NCBI GenBank assembly: GCA_050331735.1
Contig: JBHJGN010000029.1
Coordinates: forward strand, 128,001-192,000
Reading direction: 5' to 3'
Length of the DNA stretch: 64,000 nucleotides
Source: Cyanophyceae cyanobacterium
GTDB taxonomy: Bacteria; Cyanobacteriota; Cyanobacteriia; Cyanobacteriales; JBHJGN01
The position numbers were made by a program, and so were the translations under genes. Positions 60,985-64,000 of the stretch are shown here, one piece after another (position 1 is the first letter of the stretch; every line of letters begins with the position of its first letter). Under the pieces are notes generated by a model. The model searched no databases and was not told the DNA's origin. It worked only from the letters and a program-made list of their open reading frames with translations.

Positions 60985-61803
60985 CTAGGAAGACTTGGGT
61001 GCTAGCTTAACATTCTTGGCTAAGCCAACAAACTGTAGGCAGCGAATCATCATCCAGGTCGTATCAATTTCCCACCACTGCAAACCGTGGCGAGCCGAAT
61101 ACTGGTAAGCATGATGATTGTTGTGCCAGCCTTCTCCGAAGGTTAACAGGGCTACCCACCAGCAGTTACGGGAATTATCGTGGGACTCGTGGCTTTTGTA
61201 GCCAAATCGATGAGTGGCGCTGTTGACAAACCAGGTAAAGTGAAACACCAACGCGAGGCGGACGAAAATGCCCCAGATAACGGTCGGCCATCCTCCTAAC
61301 CAGAGGAGCAGCAGGCCAAAAACGATCTGAATCGGCAAAAAGTATTTCTGGAAAAATTGATAGACCGGATCGTTAGCGATATCTTGGGTGTAGCGCGGAA
61401 TGTCTTTGTCGGCGGGAATTTTAAACAGCATCCAGCCGACATGACTCCACCAAAAGCCTCGGTTGGAATCGTGGGGATCGGGTTCTGTATCCGAATGCTT
61501 ATGGTGAATTCGGTGGAGACCAATCCAGTCGATTGGACCCCCTTGACAGGCCAGAGTACCGCAAAATACGAAGAAATACTCGAGCCACTTGGGGGTTTGA
61601 AAACTGCGATGGGCGACTAAGCGATGATAGCCTAAAGTAATCCCTAACCCTCCGGTAATGATATAGAGTACAAAGGCAATGCCGATGGCTCTCCAGCTAA
61701 AGTTACTGGGAAATAGGGCCAGTAAAGCCATCAAATGGATGACGACGATACCGATGATAAAGCTCCATTCTGGAGTCCGTTGATTTGAGGTTGCTACAGT
61801 CAT
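60985..61803 (-). CDS. desC: Delta-9 acyl-lipid desaturase
   Basis: His boxes HRLVAH, HRIHH and HNNHH; GEGW motif. Confidence 0.9.
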   Translation of the reverse strand: MTVATSNQRTPEWSFIIGIVVIHLMALLALFPSNFSWRAIGIAFVLYIITGGLGITLGYHRLVAHRSFQTPKWLEYFFVFCGTLACQGGPIDWIGLHRIHHKHSDTEPDPHDSNRGFWWSHVGWMLFKIPADKDIPRYTQDIANDPVYQFFQKYFLPIQIVFGLLLLWLGGWPTVIWGIFVRLALVFHFTWFVNSATHRFGYKSHESHDNSRNCWWVALLTFGEGWHNNHHAYQYSARHGLQWWEIDTTWMMIRCLQFVGLAKNVKLAPKSS

Positions 61804-61990
61804 GCAGTAATTTAAGTTCACTCCTTAACAGTTAAATATCAGCAACATTCGAGCTTGCCGTTCCTGCGAATCACTCAGGTCAACAAAGACTGAGCAAGCT
61901 AGAAACATCGCTGAGATTACCACTCATTTAGTTTAAAGTTATCTTTGGGTGGCTCAAAGAATCATTCCAAAATCTTACAAAAATGACTTC

Positions 61991-63214
61991 ATGAATCGCT
62001 TAGAGCTGCTAGAAGCAGCAGCAGAAGCACTCTGTCCGATCTTTGCTGATATTGATGCTCAGGTCAAGCAGAACCTGAGAAAGGTCTTGGAAGCTTTTAA
62101 AGAACAGCGCGTTGGTGTTCATCATTTCTCGAGCGTGAGCGGCTATGGACATGACGATCTCGGACGGGATACCCTTGACCGCGTGTTTGCTCAAGTTCTG
62201 GGAGCTGAAGCCGCAGCGGCGCGGATCCAGTTTGTTTCTGGCACTCATGCGATCGCCTGCGCGTTGTTTGGCGTTCTTCGTCCAGGAGACGAAATGTTGG
62301 CCGTTGTTGGTTCCCCCTACGACACCTTAGAGGAAGTGATTGGCTTGCGCGGCAACGGACAAGGTTCTCTCAAAGACTTTAACATTCAGTATCGACAGTT
62401 ACCTCTAGCCAATGAAGGAAGTGTCGATTGGCAAGCTCTCAGCACTGCGGTAGAAGCCAAAACTCGACTGGTATTTATTCAGCGTTCCTGTGGCTATTCC
62501 TGGCGAACCAGTTTGTCGATTGCAGAAATCGCTCGGATCGTTGGCTTAGTTAAACAGCAAAATCCTCATGCAGTTTGCTTTGTAGATAACTGCTACGGAG
62601 AGTTTGTGGAGCAGAAAGAACCGACTCAGGTGGGGGCTGATTTAATCGCCGGGTCTCTGATCAAAAATCCGGGGGGGACCATTGCCTCCGCTGGCGGTTA
62701 CGTGGCCGGACAGTCTCGGTGGGTAGAAGCCGCCTGTTGCCGTCTGACCGCTCCCGGAATTGGCCGTGCTGGAGGAGCCACCTTCGAGCAGCGGCTGCTG
62801 TATCAAGGGTTATTTCTCGCACCGCAAATGGTGGGAGAAGCGCTCAAGGGAAGTCATCTGATTGCCTATGTATTGGACAAATTAGGATACCGCGTTAACC
62901 CGCTCCCGCTCGTGCCTCGTCGGGATGTCATTCAGGCGATCGAGCTTGGTTCCCCAGACAAACTCATGGCCTTCTGTCGAGCGATTCAGCAGCATTCACC
63001 AGTGGGTTCCTATCTCGACCCCGTTCCTGCTCAAATGCCGGGGTACGACAGCCAGCTCGTCATGGCTGGAGGTACGTTCGTCGACGGCAGCACCTCAGAA
63101 TTTTCTGCTGATGGTCCCTTGAGAGAACCCTACGTCGTTTTTTGCCAGGGAGGAACGCACTGGACCCATGTTGCGATCGCTCTAGAAGCCGCTATTGCCG
63201 CCGTAGAAAGCTAA
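61991..63214 (+). CDS. Methionine gamma-lyase family / aluminium-resistance (YnbB-like) protein
   Basis: SGYGHDDLGR, VSGTHAI, VDNCYGEF, GSLIKNPGG and MAGGTF motifs. Confidence 0.9.
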   Translation: MNRLELLEAAAEALCPIFADIDAQVKQNLRKVLEAFKEQRVGVHHFSSVSGYGHDDLGRDTLDRVFAQVLGAEAAAARIQFVSGTHAIACALFGVLRPGDEMLAVVGSPYDTLEEVIGLRGNGQGSLKDFNIQYRQLPLANEGSVDWQALSTAVEAKTRLVFIQRSCGYSWRTSLSIAEIARIVGLVKQQNPHAVCFVDNCYGEFVEQKEPTQVGADLIAGSLIKNPGGTIASAGGYVAGQSRWVEAACCRLTAPGIGRAGGATFEQRLLYQGLFLAPQMVGEALKGSHLIAYVLDKLGYRVNPLPLVPRRDVIQAIELGSPDKLMAFCRAIQQHSPVGSYLDPVPAQMPGYDSQLVMAGGTFVDGSTSEFSADGPLREPYVVFCQGGTHWTHVAIALEAAIAAVES

Positions 63215-63280
63215 ATTAAAAAGTGTTGGCTTGGTCACTTATTAGGGAAAAATAGTAGGCAGGGCCTTATTTTAGAACCG

Positions 63281-63886
63281 ATGACACATTCAGAAAATAC
63301 CCGGCTGCTCGATATCATGCCTGCTTCCGGGCGCATGTTTACCAAAATCGTCAGCAAACCCCAGCAGGCTAAAGTCATAGATGCCCCGTTTCCGTTGCCC
63401 TGGAACCGGGAAAGACGCTCGATTTTGATCAATTTCGATCTCTGGCAGCGGCTACCTCAGCCGCAGCAAGATCTGCTAATTTTAAGGGCAGTTAGCAGTG
63501 TCATGCAAATCAAGTGGTTCAAGCCCGATATCTATCAAGGTATTACGTTGGCAGGAGTCGTCGGGCTAGCAACAGAGCTGGTGCAGCGAGATGCTGTGGG
63601 GGTTGCTGTGGCTGGCGGATTGAGTGTGATCGCCCTCAGCCAGATTTGGCGCAGCAACCGCAGTGTTCAAACCCAACTAACCGCCGATGAAGCCGCTATT
63701 AAAGTAGCGACCAGACGAGGATATACAGAAGCGGAGGCGGCAAGCCATCTGTTAGCAGCCCTCGAATCAGTCGCACAGCTTGAAGGTCGCAGCTTCAACT
63801 TTACCGAACTGATTCGCTCGCAAAACCTCAAAGTGATCGCTAATCTCTCTCCCGTTGGCGTTCCCGAAAGTATCCGCCAGGAATAA
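63281..63886 (+). CDS. DUF3318-like membrane protein
   Basis: RLLDIMPASGRM, INFDLW and ADEAAIKVATRRGY motifs. Confidence 0.8.
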   Translation: MTHSENTRLLDIMPASGRMFTKIVSKPQQAKVIDAPFPLPWNRERRSILINFDLWQRLPQPQQDLLILRAVSSVMQIKWFKPDIYQGITLAGVVGLATELVQRDAVGVAVAGGLSVIALSQIWRSNRSVQTQLTADEAAIKVATRRGYTEAEAASHLLAALESVAQLEGRSFNFTELIRSQNLKVIANLSPVGVPESIRQE

Positions 63887-63917
63887 AATCAGTCCGTCGC
63901 TGGGCAGCATCAAAGAG

Positions 63918-63982
63918 TAGCTCTTAGCCAATCGTGACAAGTTATCATATAGACTTCGCGATTTGTCAACTAGTTTTTAGCT
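63918..63982 (+). repeat. Second copy of the TAGCTCTTAGCCAATCGTGACAAGTT...TTTGTCAACTAGTTTTTAGCT unit
   Basis: Both flanks are identical to 28615-28675; only the central loop differs. Confidence 0.8.
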
Positions 63983-64000
63983 GTTGGCTTGACTCTGTTT

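Noticed and set aside
1..64000. Frequent GCGATCGC octamer
   Set aside because: This is the well-known cyanobacterial HIP1; used only as a taxonomic and compositional marker.

Overview
This window is chromosomal DNA from a cyanobacterium, judged from the abundant HIP1 octamer GCGATCGC and the genes chlP, CRR6, spp and desC. Most of it is housekeeping: ispF, gnd, an ABC-F ATPase, trpC, lpdA, tRNA-Leu(CAG), murA, smc, ruvA, nei, chlP, plsC, fabD and desC. Accessory content includes a CheB/CheR hybrid kinase, a five-gene glycosyl/sulfotransferase cluster, a LysR-cupin-DJ-1 module and an extremely acidic beta-helix protein. I saw no transposase, integrase, phage gene or CRISPR array. The strongest unexplained signals are non-coding. 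(1) A ~149-bp MITE family has five copies plus one degenerate relative, with TACCA terminal inverted repeats and 3-bp TNA target duplications; two copies interrupt the same gene. (2) Twelve micro-hairpins share one shape (5-bp stem, 3-4 nt loop) but have different, compensatorily changed stems, and sit in inverted G-rich/C-rich intergenic tracts. (3) murA apparently has to start at a non-canonical ATT codon. (4) Two LexA-like boxes share the same variant. All product calls come from motif recognition by eye; no database searches were run.
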